Assembly: GCA_965649765.1 (NCBI GenBank)
Contig: OZ287749.1
Location: 9,796,001 to 9,860,000, forward strand
Length of the DNA stretch: 64,000 nt
Reading direction: 5' to 3'
Source of the DNA: Bispira polyomma
Lineage: Eukaryota
Part shown: positions 43,877 through 57,289 of the stretch, piece by piece
Position numbering within the stretch: position 1 is the stretch's first letter
Layout: each line of letters opens with the position of its first letter
Made by a program: the position numbers and the translations under genes
Notes under the pieces: model-generated
What the model was told of the DNA's origin: nothing
Database searches by the model: none
What the model saw: only the letters and a program-made list of their open reading frames with translations

Positions 43877-45261
43877 TTAATTTTGGAGGGGATCCGGGTA
43901 GACAGTTTAATGACCTTTTGAGACATTGGTACACAGACACCTGTACCATGTTGACAGGCCTCTTCACAGTGGCTATCTCACATCATTACTGTACACGGAT
44001 GTGAAACCCCCACTCAGATTATCCCACATTCTGAATCAGCCTATGACTTAACACTGGGTAAATCCCAGAACTACTGAACAAATCTTTTTTCCATGACTTT
44101 TTCCAGTCAAAATTTTTAATGTCCAGGTGCATATACAATCCTTTCATCTAGTCAAAACAAAAATTATTGAATTACATGAATCTATGTTACTACTGAAAGG
44201 AACAAGACCAAAAAAAAAAATTATTTTTTTTTTTCAAAATTTTTTTCTTTTTGTCATTAAATTGGTATGCCTGGGCATACTGGCGTTAACGGGGGCTATG
44301 CCCCTGTTGACATGTAAAAAGAGTGCCTCTAACTACTGTTAAATTTGTGGCATTTTGCTGTATAGTTAATTTTGGATAGATTTTTAAAGCATTTCATGAC
44401 TTTTTTTCAAATTTTTAAATTTCGTATGACCTGCCATGACCATTTTTGTTTTGCAGCTTTTCAATGACCTGTGGAAAATGCTGTAAGACGTGTTTTTACA
44501 AGAGTATAAATCTGTCAAAAACCCAGATCTGAGTGTTTTCTGTTAAACGCTGCATAATACAATTCTAACTTCTACCCGTTTGAGGTAGCTTACACTCCCC
44601 TAATTTATATACCCCCCAACTCTCTGTACCCTCTTTGTACCCAGATCAACCCCCATACAGACAGTTCAAATAGTTTCTAAAGGATGTCAGGGATATAAAA
44701 AAAAAAGACTACCCCAATAGAAGATCTGAAGAGTTGTTGGTTCTGTGTAAAGAGTTCAGTTGCTTTCTGATCCATGAGATGCCTTATAGAATCTGCTGTA
44801 TTCAATCCCCTCCAGACACCACGGGTATAAGGACTGTGCTATCAGGCTCCCCCCCTCCTCCCGCCCTCTCGACTGACAAATTCATGGCCCATCAAGCCCG
44901 CTTTTGGCCCCTTAAATCATAATTGATGCTCCAAGTGAGGAGAAAGTCAAATCAATACAAGGAACTCCCCCCCCCCTCTCCATCTATCTAACATGTGTGG
45001 GGAAGGTCAAACTGAGTGTCTCGTACATTGGACAAAGTCACACTCATTGGTGACAGGAAGTGCCACAAGTCCCAACAATTAGAGGACATGGGTAGAAGTT
45101 GAATGTGTGACAAAGAAAACTGTTTTCTACAAAAGTGGGAATGGATCTTTGGACAGGGAAATACTATCTAAAAGGGTTTTTGTACACTTCTAATATCCCT
45201 AAATTGTTATATTGCTCCCTACATTGATATCAGTATACATAGAGTTGACCCCCTTAATTAA

Positions 45262-45511
45262 CCCTTTTGACCTCTATGTTGTTGCGTCGACACCCCAAAA
45301 ATATTATTTTGTTTTTCTTCAGTTCTTCCTCGCAATAGGTAATTGTTTGTACAGCAGACTCCTTTGTTTAAAAAAAATTTAAATGTGAAGCCATTATTGA
45401 ATTGTATTGGAAGCAGTGTTGGTGCTTTTTAGTGACTCCAGCAATGTGTAAACCCATTGCCCGAAAATTTCCTTTAGTTCCCGGAGATATTTTTCTCTTG
45501 GAGTCAAAAGG
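45262..45511. mobile_element. piggyBac-like MITE, second copy
   Basis: TTAA-CCCTTTTGAC ... GTCAAAAGG-TTAA; shares aaaatattatttt and aaatttcctt..agtt core. Confidence 0.6.
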
Positions 45512-46447
45512 TTAAATACCAATCACACATTAGCAGGATTTTACTTTACAGGGTCAATTTTAATGGAATATGCCTTAATTTACCAACTTTAATGGAGCTA
45601 AAATAGGAATTAACTTACCAGAGATCCAGTTAAAGGGGCCCTAACTGTATCAAACTAACAACTTGCTTTAACAACCACACTGACTCTACCAGGCTTTTTT
45701 GGGGGGAATTTTTTACCATTTTTTGCCGTAGCAATAATTAGGAAAGTCTAAAATCTCAGTGTCCTTTATTTAGAAGATGTTCAACTGATAACTTAACCTA
45801 TTTTTTTGAAGCCTTTAACTTGTTTTTTGTGAGTAAAAAGAAATTAGTCCACCCCTCACAACCAAGCATTTCATCCATAAAAACAGTTTTTACATACACA
45901 GATATCTGCCTCTGCTGTAAAACCTAGAAAACCATAGTAAATGTGGCATCAAGTAACTGAATGAGGGGGGGGGGAGGGAGAGGAAGACAATACATACCCT
46001 ACACTTATAGTAGGACACCGATATTGTCTCTATTTTGTCTTTATAAAGGACAACCTTAAAAAGCTTTGAGATAATATATAAAAAAAAAAGCACCCTAAAA
46101 CTGCCAGTGAGACACTTGAATCAGATGTTATATATATATCCCTCATTGGTTAAAGTCTCCACTTGCAGACCAGTATAATGCGGTGACAATGGTTACTACC
46201 GGTTTGTGGTTGGGTGGCGCCAAATCTCCCCATTTTTTCCTACCCCCCAGCAGGAGCGGCATTGAAATGGCCTCCACTCCCCTCCCCCCTCCCCATCCTC
46301 CCCCACCCCCCTTCCCAAGTCTCTGACCCTAATAGGCAGCCTATTGCTGTCACTACAAATCAATGGGACTCCCTTCGTCTCCAGAATTTTGCCACAGGAA
46401 GGGAAACCCGCTCACGTTTTACTTCTGCATTGATGCACTTTTTTAGT

Positions 46448-46461
46448 GTAACCATGGGAAC
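46448..46461. promoter_or_regulatory. RFX X-box-like site in a C-rich, CpG-containing intronic patch
   Basis: GTAACCATGGGAAC (minus strand GTTCCCATGGTTAC). Confidence 0.35.
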
Positions 46462-47356
46462 TGAAACCCCCCCCCCCCTTGTCGGTTTTGACATACTTCA
46501 AACGCTACGTTGACTGAATGATGTTTTATTGAAATATCGATGTTTCTGAACAGTCAAGCTTGGAAAAGAAAATCTCTCCAATGTTTTTTTATGCTGTAAA
46601 TTTTGTCTCCATGAAGGGGGAGGGTTAAGTCCCACCAATGTACTGCAGGCTTTGAGGGGTTTCTTTTTTTAAGGTTGCCATTGGATTTTATCCCATTCAA
46701 GTTTAGATTTCAAAGGGCCATTTTAGCACAATGGGCAGTAACTGACTATTTGAAGAGATCATACTGATAATGGAACGATTTGAAAGTGAAATGAAGTTAC
46801 TTATTTAGTTTTTTTTTGCTTACAGTGACAAAAGAACCCTCAAAACATGGAATGAGTTAAATAAGAAACCATTCTTGTTTTTCTTGGTTGAAAAGATTTA
46901 CTAAACCTCATATAGAGTTATCTAATAGTTTGTTTGAGACTTATTTTGAATTTAATATTACTTTCAACAACTATGTGGTACATTGCAATGGGCAGTTTAT
47001 TGATGTAGGAAAGCAGTACAGAGGAGTTGGTCAAGATTACTGTAAACTACCGACCTTCAGCAAGTTTTTACTGGTAACTTTTTGACAAACATGCTATGGC
47101 CAAGATTCAAACCCATAACTGCAGAAGTTTGAGGTAAGAGTCTTAGTTTATAGAGGGCCCCTCATGGCTTGTAGTTAGTAAAGTCAATCCGGCTTAAGAG
47201 ACTACCTCTATAGAGAGAGACCACCTCTGTATAAAGACCACAGTTTAATTTTTACCAAGACTAATGTTGATAATATTCAACCTCTATATAAAGAGCAGCT
47301 GTCAATGACGACCAATATTAAGGGTTCCTTTTGGGCGGTCTTTATAATTTTATATA

Positions 47357-47590
47357 CACGGGTTGTCATAAACTTGTCCGATGTCATAAACTTGTCCATT
47401 TTTTTGTAGCTTCTTAAATGCCAGCAAAAATGTAAAATCCTTGGTAATTTTAAGTAAATATTGTTTCAAGTAATCTAAATCTGTCTTTTGGTTGTATTTT
47501 ATCGTAGCTAACATGCAAGATAAAAAATTTATGAAAGCCTGAAAAAAAAGGAAAAGTTTATGACATCGGACAAGTTTATGACAACCCGTG
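47357..47590. mobile_element. Tc1/mariner-type MITE
   Basis: Perfect 37-bp TIR CACGGGTTGTCATAAACTTGTCCGATGTCATAAACTT, TA on both flanks. Confidence 0.85.
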
Positions 47591-48982
47591 TACACTTCTT
47601 ACTGTAGTAGGAAACATTATAAAGAGAGTAGGTTTTCCAACACAGAAAACCAAGTTAACTCACACAGGAAGAACATTTTACTAGAAAACAATGTAATTTG
47701 ATCAGGAGTCAAACTAAAAAATGCTAAGTAGTAAAAACACAAAGTTATTCAATAGGAAACTAGAAGATCACTTAGTAAAGCAGAGTGTAGGAACAATACA
47801 CAGAACTGCCAGCCCGAGTCGACAAGTATGGAGTCGGGCCACTATCTTTTTGGTGGTTGTCGGATCAGCAGACCTTTTACTTTTTAAAAATTTTGTAACT
47901 TCACTTCTAATTTTTAATTTCAGTAAATACATAAAAGATCAACATATTATTATAAACTTTGGCTAACTTGGTTTTTATTACTGTTTTATTAAATTATTAA
48001 CCTTGGACTGTTGAGACCTGTAAATCTAATGTCGGACCACTAACTTTTCTGAGTTGCAGGTCCTGTGGTCCACCAACTACTTTGCGCGAGCGTCATACAA
48101 TAGACTACTATAGTGCATAGATCTGCCAAAAAGTAAAACAATATTCCTAGATCTTTTACTCAGGTCCACTTAAAAAAAATGAATGAATTCATGTTTGGCC
48201 AAATCCGTGTCATACTGGAACTATACTTGACTCATTGTAAAGGGGAATGATGTTTGTCCCACACACAGTCCAGCATATGGGTGTTTCTGTAGCAGAGAGA
48301 ATCCTTCAATTAATCCTGTAAGCCAACACTTACTGGGGAGAGGGGTAAGAGGTTGGGAGGGGGCAGGGGGCAACAACAGCTGATTACACAGAGCTCATCT
48401 AAAGAAGCCAATTCACTGAACTATAGCCCTGAAAAGGTGGTACAATAAAGGAAGGGCTTTTGAATTTTTGTTTTTGTAGATGTATATAGGAGAGGTCATG
48501 TGACTAGATCATATGACTCATTAAACAAGGTCAATACGTGCAATAAAAAGCCGCCTCCATTAAGCTACTGGTGAATGAAGTGGTGAAGTTGTGGTCATGG
48601 TCAGAGGAATGGATATAATATAATGGGAGCGGAGGAGGGGTCTGTGTGAAGTATAATGGACACATTACTCCCTTTTAGTCAGTGTTAATGGTCGGCTTGA
48701 CCCAAACCCTCTGGTCAGCTAATCTAGGGCGGGTGAGTGACTATAACTCTGTTATCAATGTGGGAATGAGAAATACGCCAAGCCAAAACGGTATAACTCC
48801 ACCTTATTAGAGGCGAGAGGTTATCATAATAGAAACCTCTGACATACATCATTGACACTGATTGGATAAGACGGGCACATCCAAGATAACCATTTCCATC
48901 TAATTGTTGGTGAATATCAAGCCTAAAAGACCTGTTATAAAGCAGTACTGTTATAGGTCATACTGTATCATCCTCAATGGAG

Positions 48983-49815
48983 CTGGGTTGGGGTCTATTA
49001 CATGCCATCTATTACTATTACATTGCCATCTGTTACTATTACTATTACATGCCATCTATTACTATTACATTGCCATCTATTACTATTACATTTCAAATTT
49101 TTAAATTTATTACTATTACTTTGCCATCTATTACTTCTATTACTTTCTATTACTTTTAGAATAAAAACTATAACAAAAAAACAACATAAGTTTAAAAGAA
49201 CAATACATGTAATACATTCAATAGCCAAAATAGACCTTTGCACAAACACCAAATCAGAAAAGGGTATTTAGCTAATTCTCCAAAGACAATAGACATCTTT
49301 TGAAAGGCTAACATTAAAGAATGGTGTACCAACAAAGACAAATATTTACATGTATGTATCAATTGTATTTAAACTTTATGATTTGGTTCATATAAGGTTT
49401 TATTTCTTTAAAAAGTGTTTTCTAATATACAAAATTGAAAAATCCTTTAAGTGTAAAAAATCTAAATAGAGATTTTTATCATGATTAATTTTAAAAAGAG
49501 GAATGAAAATATAGCAAATGTCCCTTGTCAGTGGGGTTGTTAAAAAGAATTTATTTAAATATCCTTCAAATCTCGGTGTTATGAGTGGAAATCTTACAAT
49601 ATTTTTTTTTTCATACAGTGTTACAATGTAAGTACCTAATAAAATATGTTTCATAATGGAAAAATAAAAAGTAATAGAATAGTAATAGATAAAATCTATT
49701 ACTTTGCATTCTATTACTATTTACGTTTTAAATTTTAAAATTTTTTACTTTTACTTTAAAATTTCAGCAAATCTATTACGTTTCTATTATTTCTATTACA
49801 TCGGCCCCAACCCTG
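48983..49815. mobile_element. hAT-like non-autonomous element with (CTATTA) subterminal repeats
   Basis: C(T/A)GGGTTGGGG terminal inverted repeats; 8-bp flanks CAATGGAG/CAATAGAC (6/8). Confidence 0.65.
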
Positions 49816-50207
49816 CAATAGACTTTACATTGGCGGTGTCAAAAATTCCAATAGCATCGGATACCGCCAAAAATATCGGAATTCTATAAAAATGATTTTT
49901 TTAAAACCAGCTGTTAAATTAATGTGTTGAGATAGGTTATTCAGATAAGGTGTCAAGGTGTTGAGATAGATTTCACGATTGTTTTGGTGTGATGGTTGTT
50001 CGCTATCAGAATTTTAAAGAAATTTAGCAGGAGGATGGGGTCAGGGCAAAGGAATAATTAATTATATTTTGGACCAGATCCAGAATTATGTTTTACTTTT
50101 TAGCCCAGTGGGATCTTGGCAATGGAATGGGCTTTACTGTGCTGAAGTGTTCTGGTAAACTGACGCTGACTCAACCAAGGAAAGGTAAAAAGTGTTCTGT
50201 CACTCAC

Positions 50208-50240
50208 CAGGTCAGTCCTGCTATCACCGTTCACTCTCAT
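50208..50240 (-). CDS. TMEM151: Candidate TMEM151 first coding exon (MRVNGDSRTDL)
   Basis: ATG at 50240, 11 codons, phase-0 GTGAGT donor compatible with the acceptor at 34360; no homology support. Confidence 0.4.
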
Positions 50241-50274
50241 GCTGCCACATCCTTTCAAGTCTCCACCAGCAGCC

Positions 50275-50690
50275 GACTAGCAACCGCCTCCTGGCTTAGC
50301 AACCGCCTCCTGAATTAGCCACTGTCTCTTGACTTACTAACTGTCTCCCGATTTAGTAACTGTCGTGTCACTTAGTAGCTGCCTAAGTGACTGACTCAGC
50401 AATAACTTCCTCATTTAGCAACCGCCTCCTGACATAGCCACTGTCTCCTGACTTAGTAACTGTCTCCCGACTTAGTCACTGCCTCCCGACTTCGCAACGG
50501 ATGTGTGATTTAGTACCCGAGTAAGCGACTAACTCTGCAATAACTTCAGGATTTAGCAATAGCTTCCTGACATAGCAACCAGCTCCTGATTTAGCAAATG
50601 CCTCCTGATTTACCAACCATGTCCTGGCTTAGCAACCGCCTCCTTATTATCAACAGCCTCTGGTTTGCTGGAATTAGCAACTGCCTCTAC
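50275..50690. repeat. Degenerate 18-bp repeat (TAGCAACCGCCTCCTGAC/T)n
   Basis: About 20 diverged units directly upstream of the candidate TMEM151 exon 1. Confidence 0.8.
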
Positions 50691-51399
50691 ACCACCACGA
50701 AACCATATCCTCGTGTATGAATTGTTTTTTTTATAGGAATATCTTTATCCATTAAATCAGTGTTTGGTGAACATCACTAGACACCAGTTTAAATGAGTTG
50801 AGTTTGAGATCCACACACCTCTGTACACACTTTTGTACACAACCTGGTTCTATAACTCCAGTGAATAACAGTGACCAAAGTCCACCCACACACCCTACAC
50901 AACCCACTTCCAGTGACTGTCTGTACCCTCACTATACCCTGTCGCCTGGTTTTCCCCTGTATTCAAACATCACACCCGACCCAGCGCTGTCATCTCCACT
51001 TAAATGATTTATCACACCAATTTATCACACTGCTTTATCAGGCCACTTTGAAGGAGTAATCGTGTCTTCTACAAAAGAAATATTAGTCTGTCCCTAGCTG
51101 TGTGTGGCTGAGTGTGTAGGACGTACTGACAGGGGGGTGTCTGTACTGGGGCGAGCCCCTTAACACACTCCTTAATGCAACACGTCAGTTTTAATAAAAC
51201 CCCAACTCCACGCAGGGCCTTCCACTGGGATCAGAGAGTTAGCACTCTGACACTGGGATGAATCGTGTGTCTCCTGAGAGGGGCCGGGGTTTTTATACAT
51301 CTTACTGTTTGTAAATTAAAGTCTCACACGGTTTGTGATGAGTAACACATTGACACATAGAGATATGAGTCAATCTGGCTTAGAGAGGTAGATGTCACC

Positions 51400-51945
51400 A
51401 GTCAACTGACTCCTGTATATCTACAGTTGACTGGCTAATTGACTGTGTAGATGTCTGGCAACTTGACTGCTTAGATGTCTGGCTAATTGAGTGCGTAGAC
51501 GTTTGGCTAGTTGACTGCTTAGATGTCTAGCTAGTTGACTGTGTAGATGTCTGTGTAGATGTCTGGCTAGTTGACTGCGTAGAGGTTTGGCTAGTTGACT
51601 GGCTAGTTGACTGTAGATGTCTGTATAGATGTCTGGTTAGTTGATTGTGTAGATTTCTGACAAGTTCACTGTGTAGATGTCTGGCTAGTTGACTGGCTAG
51701 TTGACTGTAAATGTCAGTATAGATGTCTGGTTAGTTGATTGTGTAGATTTCTGATGAGTTCACTGTGTAGATGTGTAGCTAGTTGACTGTGTAGATGTCT
51801 GACTAGTTGACTATATGTCTGACTAGTTGACTGGATGTCTGGCTAGTTGACTGTGTAGATGTCTGGCTGGTTGACGAAGTAGATGTCTGGCTAGTTGACT
51901 GTGTAGATGTCTGGCTAGTTGACTGTGTAGATGTCTGACTGGCTA
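51400..51945. repeat. ~24-bp minisatellite (GTAGATGTCTGGCTAGTTGACTGT)n
   Basis: Directly visible tandem array. Confidence 0.92.
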
Positions 51946-53599
51946 AGCTCTCAAAAGTGATATCTTACACTCTGATGTATCTGAAAGAGAACATACATTA
52001 TTGTACAGAAAGTTCAGACTAGTTTAGAGTCATATATGTGTGTCCACAATGACTATAAAAGCAACATACAAATTATTAGTCGACCAATAACACTGACCTT
52101 GAGGTTATATAGTGCCTCAAATCCCCACCCGTTTTATTAATCCCTACTCTACCCCAGTAACACTCACCCCACTTCATAGTTTAGTTTTCAATCCCTCACC
52201 CTAGAACCACCCACCCCACCTCAGTCCCCACCCCGGGGTTCTGTCCATCCCTCCCCATTCACCCCCCCCAAAGTCTCAATCCTTTCTACCAGTCTTCCCC
52301 CTATTCCCCCTCACCACTCACACACACAAAGATTTCCCAGAAGTCCGAGTCCGTCCTTCCAGTCTACACACTTCCACACTTACCATTCCGAGCACGCCAC
52401 CACTGCAAATGAGGCTTTCAATTGACTCCGATTTCTAATTCTACCAAGACATTCTGAGTAATCAGGATCAGAGAAAGAGAGAATAGTAAGAGATCCATTC
52501 CAACATCTTGACAATAAAGCCTTTCCCTCTCTTGTGTGGTGATATGAGCAAGTCTGCCAGTACACAGGTCATTGTCATGTGTGAGTCACACAAGGGGTGA
52601 AGGCTTTTGTGGTCCACTTAATTACAGAGTTACACTGCTGGGTGGGGATAGGGGGGTTGTATTCACATTCTTTAAGAATTTAGACATAAATATTAAGCTT
52701 AAGACTTTTGTAAATACGGCCCATAAACACTAAACTCACTGCTACACACACAAAGGACCCAAGAATAAAAACATTAGACAAAAAAAACAAGAGTTGTCTT
52801 TTCAAAAAGACACATGTGCACAGTGTGAGACATAAAATTGACACCCCTCAGTTTGGCCAGGTTGATTGCTTTCAACCATTCAATGAAGGCCTTACATATT
52901 ATTTCCAACATGGTGGCAATATCAGGCAGTGGTTTGATATTATTAAGCTAACACCCCTCAGTTTGGCCAGCTAGGTCAATTGTTTCCAACCAATCTCAAA
53001 GATGGTGGCGCCCTTTACAGAATGAACTTATAAATTTGCCTGAGAAAAATGATCAAGTAGTAAATTGAAACTGTGACTAACTTAATTACAGAGTTAAACA
53101 CTGCTGGGTGGGGGTAAACTCACTGCTATATACATTAGGGACCCGATAATGTATTATCTGAAACCAGACAAAAACACGCACAAAACAAGAAGGCTGTATT
53201 CACGAAAGGCCTAAATTTTATCTTACAATCTTAAGCCGAATAGTTATGTTAAAAATATTTAAGATTGCCAACTGTTAGTCCTGGTGTTAATTGCAAAGTT
53301 AACAATACCCAAAGATATTTTCTTTATAACTGTCACTAGGACTATAAGACCAAAATCTTAACCTTTTCGGCCAAAATCAAGGACTAAAGTGTTAAGCTTA
53401 CAACTGTGTTAAGAAAAAAAGACCTTTTGTGAATACGGCCCCTGAAGTATTAAAAGACAAAAAAGACATATTAGACAAACATAAAATGATCAAGTGGTAA
53501 ATTGGAACTGTGGACCACTTCATTACACAGTACACAGCTGGCTCGGGGACAGACCACTTAACTCACTGCTATATACATAGGGAACCCGAGAATGAGTTA

Positions 53600-53787
53600 C
53601 AGTAGAACCTCTATTATCTGAACATGTTAAGAGAGCAACATTTTCTTTGCATAATAGCAGGTTCAGAATTTCAAAGAGACATTTTTGTATAAAACAATTG
53701 GAAATGATCAATTTGGGAGATTGGAAAGCTGTTTCAAAAAATCAAATGTTCAGATAATAGTAGTTTTGGATAATAGAGATTCTACTG
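53600..53787. mobile_element. pogo/Tc1-like MITE family with CAGTAGAACCTCTATTATC termini
   Basis: TIRs with TA flanks; relatives at 2507, 27898-28498, 34637-35058 and 61513-61697. Confidence 0.75.
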
Positions 53788-55159
53788 TATCTGAAAACCA
53801 GAAACATTATCAGGCAAAAACACAAGCTCATCAAGTGGTAAATTAAAACCGTTGTCCACTTAATTACAGAGTACATTGCTGGGTGGGGTGAGATATCACT
53901 AAACTCTCACAAAATGTGCATAAGAGGCTGGAGAATGGAAACAATGCTCCGTTTACACATTGGTGGTATGGTAGGTGGTACCAGAAGGTCTTCAACTTGT
54001 CTTTCCACCTATTAAATTGGCTGTTCCATCTAGGGGAAATATAGCCCCTGAAACATGTCTAGCTAAGTTCCACAAATGGAAACATAGGATTAATGGCATG
54101 ATAGAGTTACAGTAGTAATCCAAAAATGCCCAGAAGTAGTCAGAAACAGTTGATTACTTGGACAGAGTTAAGGTTCCATAGTGATTCGGCAATACTCGGA
54201 AATAGTTGGAAATGGGCGGAAGCATTTTTTCATTTTTTTCTGTCTTGGTTAGGCGGAAGTTCTGACCATGTCCAAAATTTTCGCCCAGAACCGCCCACTA
54301 GACGATTTGGGAAAGAAGTTGAAGTTGAGGGAAGTTATAGATAGGGTTCTCCTCGCTACAAGGCAATTTTCAAATCTCTTACAGCCTCTCCATACCGTCC
54401 TAGTGTGAACGCCACATAAGGAGACAGTGAGAAACACAGGAACTAGTAAAAACTCAGCCAAAATGGAACTAGTAAAAGTGGGCAAAAACGAACAAGTATC
54501 AGTTTCTTCTGCATCTAAGTACCAGTAACATTAAAGCCTGGATCGTTGAATATGTCACCCTAGAGTTCCATTACTTTATGGCTACTGTGGTTAGAAAGCC
54601 CCTTTTACTTGTAAAACACTAGAAATCCCCTCCTCATGTATAAAGCAAGAGATAGGATTGTGTACTGTGAAAAAACCTGCAGCTAAATTCAGTGTAGGAA
54701 CAATACACAGGACCTCCAATTTTTAATTTCATTAAATACATGACCTAGAAAGGTCAATATATTATTTTCAACTTTGGGTAACTTAGTTAATTAATATTTT
54801 ATTAAATTATTAACCCCGGACGGTAACTGTAACTTTTATATTGGACCAGTAATTTTTCGGAGTTGCAGGTCCTGAAATATTTTGCGCGAGTTTCATACAC
54901 TGGTTAGATTCACAAACATACTTTGTTTGTACACACTGCAAGCCATTTTTAGACTTAAGTGAGACTTTGCACTTGTGATGTTCGTTGGGGTTTTCGGCGT
55001 ACCTAAAAAAATTATGTTTATCGTAAAATACGTACAAAGTAAATGCGGTACGCCGAAAACCCCGTTGCCCGAAAACATGATGCACGACCATACATACTTT
55101 TGTAAATCTGGCTCCAGGTACAGTTTACAAAACCTCAAAATCTACAAGTATTAAATTAA

Positions 55160-55456
55160 CACTTTTGACCCCTATATGTTGTCAATTAGCAGTGGACGAC
55201 ATTTGTTACTCCCACAACCTATGTCTGCTGGCAAGCAGTCGTCACTCCCAAAATATTTACTTCACTTCCTATAGTTCCTTGCAATAAGAAATTATTGGTA
55301 TAGCAAACTTCTCTGTTCAAAAAATGATGGCCACTATTGAATGCCGGAAGTATAGTTTGTGGTGTGTGTTTTAGTGACTCCAGATATCTGTATCCTATTA
55401 TCCCCAAAATTTCCTTCAGTTCCCGGCGATAGTTTTCTCTTGGGGTCGAAAGGGGT
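55160..55456. mobile_element. piggyBac-like MITE, third copy
   Basis: TTAA-CACTTTTGACCCC ... GGGGTCGAAAGGGG; shares ttagtgactccag and aatttccttcagttcccgg with the copy at 45262. Confidence 0.55.
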
Positions 55457-55669
55457 TTAAATCGGATGGTAACAGTAAAATATTCAAATTTGATCACTGT
55501 AACTGTAAACTAGGTCTTTTATACACCCTTTTTTACAAGGGTGGACACATATATTGGAACAGACATTAAATAGAACAGTACTAAAGTTAACTATGTAAAT
55601 GAGTATTTATACACTGTGTATCAAGCAATAAAATATATTTATTGTTCTATTGTATTTTACTTTATAAAC

Positions 55670-55975
55670 AGGTTTTATTGATGTGAGGCAGCTTCTAAAG
55701 TACAACAACAGAACAACTAACCAATCAGAAAGTTTAAAAAAACATAACCAAGCTCATATTATTAGGAAGAGTGTGGGTGTACAAGGAGGGGACTAAGTGG
55801 GATAGATTGAAGAGACAGGTTTTAAGGCTTTTTCCTGAACCCAGAAAGTACTAGTGTTTCAAAGTGATCCAAGCTAAACTGAGAGACTATTCTATGACAT
55901 GAGGGCAGCTATAGAGAAAGCTCAAAATCCAGTCCTCTTTGGTAGGTTTTACAGAGGAAACAGAAAATCTCTCTC
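55670..55975 (-). mobile_element. Degenerate L2-type LINE 3' fragment (related tail at ~16890-17040)
   Basis: Minus strand remnants RAFSIAA..NSL and KSLKTCLF; 3' tail similar to 16905-17010. Confidence 0.5.
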
Positions 55976-56078
55976 CCCTCTTAACCCTTTCGCCACCAAT
56001 GGAACAGTATTCCACTACACTAAAAAACATTCCCGGGTAACAGGTTGCAGATAGCTTGAGTCACTCAAACAGATACAG

Positions 56079-56191
56079 CAGGGCCCGTATTCACGAAGGG
56101 ACTTAGCCAGGTCTTAGGCTTAACTCAGTATACTTTTGTGCTAGATTTAAGCCTAAGACCTGGCTAAGTCCCTTCGTGAATACGGCCCCTG
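56079..56191. mobile_element. Harbinger-like foldback MITE nested in a TTAA-flanked element (55985-56343)
   Basis: 45-bp arms with one mismatch (CAGGG(C/G)CCGTATTCACGAAGGGACTTAGCCAGGTCTTAGGCTTAA); related GGCYGTATTCAC ends at 53191-53443, ~41640 and ~25085. Confidence 0.75.
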
Positions 56192-57289
56192 GTAACTTGC
56201 AGCTTTTCAAAACGACTCTGGTATATTTTTCTTAATGTAGACTTCTGCAGTGCCAACACATTGCTATTGGGTGGTACTGTAGGAATGTAAAGTAATAATA
56301 TAGGGGTGTTGACTGCTAGTCGCCAGACATGGTCATTAAAGGGTTAAGGTTGCTGAAATATATGCAATAATTCTGTTAAATACCTGTGTTGCATATTTTG
56401 GGTTTCTTTGTTTCCAGACTTTTGTGCTCCTTTTAGTGTTTCAATTTATGTCCCATCCAATTTTTTATAGATATTGTCCCAAACAATGTTCACTTGTTTA
56501 AAAACAACAACTTATTATTCAATCTCTACTATCCAAACTTTTGTTATCCAAATATTTAATGCACATAAACTCTACTTTTCTGAAGTTGATTTTTTCCTCT
56601 GTAATTTTAACTTCCATTTCACCAAGTTGTTTGAACAAAAGAACTCAATATAGATTTCTATCCTTGAGACACAATTACTAACTGACCTTCCTGGCAGTCA
56701 GAGCACAAAGCTGTTTGTGATATCAGTCCTTCAGATCAATCTCAAATAGGGCTGACATTTCATGTACTTTAGGGTTGTTTTCCTGTATAAACAGCTTCGT
56801 TATAAAAGCCAAGCCAATATATGTCTGGGATGTTTTTAACTATTATTGCCAACCCTAACATAAAAACCAAATCAACAGGCATTGCATAATTTAGTGTCAT
56901 TGCAACTGTAAAAACACAAGAGTACTTTGGATGAAAATTTCTAGAAAGGAAACAGATGAAGTCATACATGTACCTGCACAATGGTTTCTATGTACGAGGG
57001 TTTGTTTGAGCTCATTTTCTATGTACAAAAGCTTATACTCTTCACAATTGTCGTCCACTTGTTATTGGCATAAGTATCAGTGAGTTTCTAATAACAGCAA
57101 TGAGATTTAAACCACTTCATTAAATGATGTACAATGAATCACACAATGAAAAGCCCAACTCATTTCATGTACATTAAATTAAGCATTAAAATTGTGAATT
57201 GTCAATAAAATTATGATGATCAGCACTTTGGGTCCCAAATTGAGTGATTTAGTGCCATATACATGGGACTGTATCTTGTGTCTGGACCT

